Below, piece by piece: positions 62,002 to 64,000 of a stretch of DNA of 64,000 nt. This stretch comes from an uncultured Chloroflexia bacterium (GTDB lineage Bacteria > Chloroflexota > Dehalococcoidia > DSTF01 > WHTK01): contig CAVSWS010000040.1 of NCBI GenBank assembly GCA_963731765.1, forward strand, positions 17,732 through 81,731, given 5' to 3'. The translations under genes were made by a program, and so were the position numbers. Numbering within the stretch: position 1 is the first letter of the stretch; each line of letters opens with the position of its first letter. A model generated the notes under the pieces. The model was given only the letters and a program-made list of their open reading frames with translations, was not told where the DNA came from and made no database searches.

Positions 62002-62846
62002 TGGCCAGCCAGGTCTACTATCTGGGGCCGCCCGGCACCTTCGGTGAGCAGGCGGCGATTACCTACCTCAAGCAGTCCGGCCAGGCGCTGCCCCTAACGC
62101 CGCTTGCGAGCCACGGCCGTGTTATCGAGGCGGCAGAGCGCGACGCCAACGCGCTGGGCGTTGTGGCGGTCGAGAACAGCCTGGGCGGCGCCGTGAACGA
62201 CGTGATGGATGCCGTCCTTGGCACCGAGGGCCTGTTTGTGTGTGCCGAGATCGTGGTGCCGATCGAGCACGATTTGATCGTGGCTCCGGGCACGAAGCTG
62301 GAAGACATCCGCGTCGTTATGTCACATCCGCAGGCGCTGGCCCAGTGCCACGAGTTCCTGCAGTCAAAGCTGCCGGGAGCGCGCATGGATGCATCGCTGT
62401 CCACGGTGGCGGCGGTGGAGGAGGCGATGCGCACGCCGGGAGCCGCCGCGGTGGCCGCAAGGCGTGCAGCAGAGCTCAATGGCGGCGAGGTGCTGGCCGC
62501 TTCGATCCAGGACGAGGACAACAACAAGACACGCTTCTTCGTCCTCGGTCACGCCGACGCGCCGCCGACCGGTGACGACAAGACGTCGATCGCGTTCAAC
62601 GTGGCGGACCGTCCGGGGTCATTGGTGAGCGTGATGCGACACCTGTCAGACAGAGGACTGAACCTCACGCGCATCGAGTCGCGGCCGTCGCGGGAGGAGC
62701 TGGGGAAGTACATCTTCCTCGTCGATTTCCAGGGCCATCGCACGGAGGCGGCGGCGAACGAGGCTATCGAGGCGATCAAGGCGGACGGCGCTGTGCTGCT
62801 GCCGGCGGGACTGCCACTGGGTTCTTATCCCCGGTTTAAGGAATGA
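62001..62846 (+). CDS. pheA: Prephenate dehydratase
   Basis: YLGPPGTF, ENS, SHPQALAQC, NKTRF, LTRIESRP. Confidence 0.95.
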   Translation: MASQVYYLGPPGTFGEQAAITYLKQSGQALPLTPLASHGRVIEAAERDANALGVVAVENSLGGAVNDVMDAVLGTEGLFVCAEIVVPIEHDLIVAPGTKLEDIRVVMSHPQALAQCHEFLQSKLPGARMDASLSTVAAVEEAMRTPGAAAVAARRAAELNGGEVLAASIQDEDNNKTRFFVLGHADAPPTGDDKTSIAFNVADRPGSLVSVMRHLSDRGLNLTRIESRPSREELGKYIFLVDFQGHRTEAAANEAIEAIKADGAVLLPAGLPLGSYPRFKE

Positions 62847-62898
62847 TGCCCGAATACCGGCCTCCAGGAACATCCGCGATGCTACACTTGAAGGGCTT

Positions 62899-63862
62899 AT
62901 GACTTCTGCTTCCGGCGATTATCCGCCGCGGTCCGAAGAAGACGATCAGACCAGTACCCCGCCGACACCTTCTGAACGGCCCGGGGAAGAGCCGAATAGT
63001 CAGGTTAACCTGTGGTCTGAGGATGAGTCTGATGGCACGCTGGATGCCGACTCGACGGTCACGGGCACCCGCGACGAGGTCTGGTCCCGCGGACATGAAG
63101 GCGTCACGGAGGCAGATGCGGTCTCAGGCGACAACGACGCTTCGTTGAGCGCGATGAGTGACTCCGAGGCGGTTGCGACCATGGACGAGGACGACGAAAT
63201 TTTCTACGCCGAAAGTCCCGAGAAGGGCGGTGGCGCCGTGCGAGCCCGACGAGTGGCCTGGGAGCTAATCCAGACGCTGGTCCTCGCGGCGCTGATTTTC
63301 CTTCTGGTGCGCGGAGTGGCGCAGAACTTCCGTGTGGAAGGCCCCAGCATGCAGCCGGGCCTGCACAACGGCGAGTACCTGCTGGTGAACAAGGCGGTCT
63401 ACTTCAAGCTAGACCTGGATAAGCTTTCGAACTTCATCCCATTCGTTAACGGCGGCGATCACCCATCGCGGTTCCTGTTCCACGGGCCGGAGCGCGGGGA
63501 CGTCATCGTCTTCCGCTATCCGAATGACCCCAGCCGCGACTTCATCAAACGCATCATCGGCATACCGGGCGATACGGTGTCGATTGCGAACGGCGTCGTG
63601 AGCGTTAATGGCACAGCGCTGGACGAACCGTACATTGCGCCGGGATCGAATACGAACGATGGATGCGAAGGTGGTGCCGGCGGACAGCTACTTCGTGATG
63701 GGCGACAACCGCCCCAACAGCTCCGACTCGCGTAGCTGGGGCTTCGTGCCGGAGGAGAACATCATCGGCAAGGCGATGTTCGCCTACTGGCCGATGAGCG
63801 ACTTCGGCGGGGTGGGTAACCGGAGCATCAACCTGGGCTTCATCAAGGTCCCGTTCTTCTAG
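62899..63862 (+). CDS. lepB: Signal peptidase I with acidic N-terminal extension; apparent +1 frameshift near 63658
   Basis: GPSMQP, RGDVIVF, FIKRIIG; [15 protein letters not shown] in the next frame. Confidence 0.9.
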
Positions 63863-63873
63863 AGGAGACGAGG

Positions 63874-64000
63874 GTGGACGTCGATTCCCTGCTGCGCTCG
63901 ACAGGTGCTGTACTGGAGGGCCACTTCAAGCTGACCTCCGGACGGCACTCCGGTGTTTATGTCGAGAAGTTCCGGATCATGGAGAACCCGGAGGTTACCT
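63874..64000 (+). CDS. pyrE: Orotate phosphoribosyltransferase, partial
   Basis: MDVDSLLRSTGAVLEGHFKLTSGRHSGVYVEKF; GAGGAG SD. Confidence 0.85.
   Translation, partial: MDVDSLLRSTGAVLEGHFKLTSGRHSGVYVEKFRIMENPEVT

Overview
High-GC housekeeping region of a bacterial chromosome, probably Chloroflexota/Dehalococcoidia (inferred from protein style and gene sets, not from a database search). About 65 CDSs; no rRNA, tRNA, CRISPR or transposase seen. Main blocks: (1) amidase, nfo, HD-GYP, ald-LonC, rarA, vapBC, Pat acetyltransferase, ilvD; (2) a sulfur assimilation cluster at 21.8-31 kb (cysH, lysR, cysC, sat, NaPi-like permease, Fe-S Rrf2, cysK, a ubiquitin-like carrier fused to MoeB, a second carrier, CysO-type cysM) with candidate Rrf2 operators; (3) GGDEF-EAL, PQQ dehydrogenase, FAD monooxygenase, clpP; (4) ispD-kinase-ispF-cysE-cysS; (5) two TatA-zinc ribbon paralogues, csoR-copA, site-2 protease, murT-gatD, M23 peptidase, resA-resB-lgt, queD, usp-trkA-trkA-pheA, lepB, pyrE. 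Best leads: a Cys-codon leader peptide that can base-pair over the cysE Shine-Dalgarno (candidate translational attenuator), the two carriers both capped at GG|A, the TatA-zinc ribbon pair, a candidate sulfate permease, a P-loop kinase between ispD and ispF, and palindromic repeats inserted in frame in a GDPD gene. Many genes look leaderless, and intergenic spaces hold several REP-like families. About eight single-base insertions break genes, including essential lepB, and are most likely sequencing errors.
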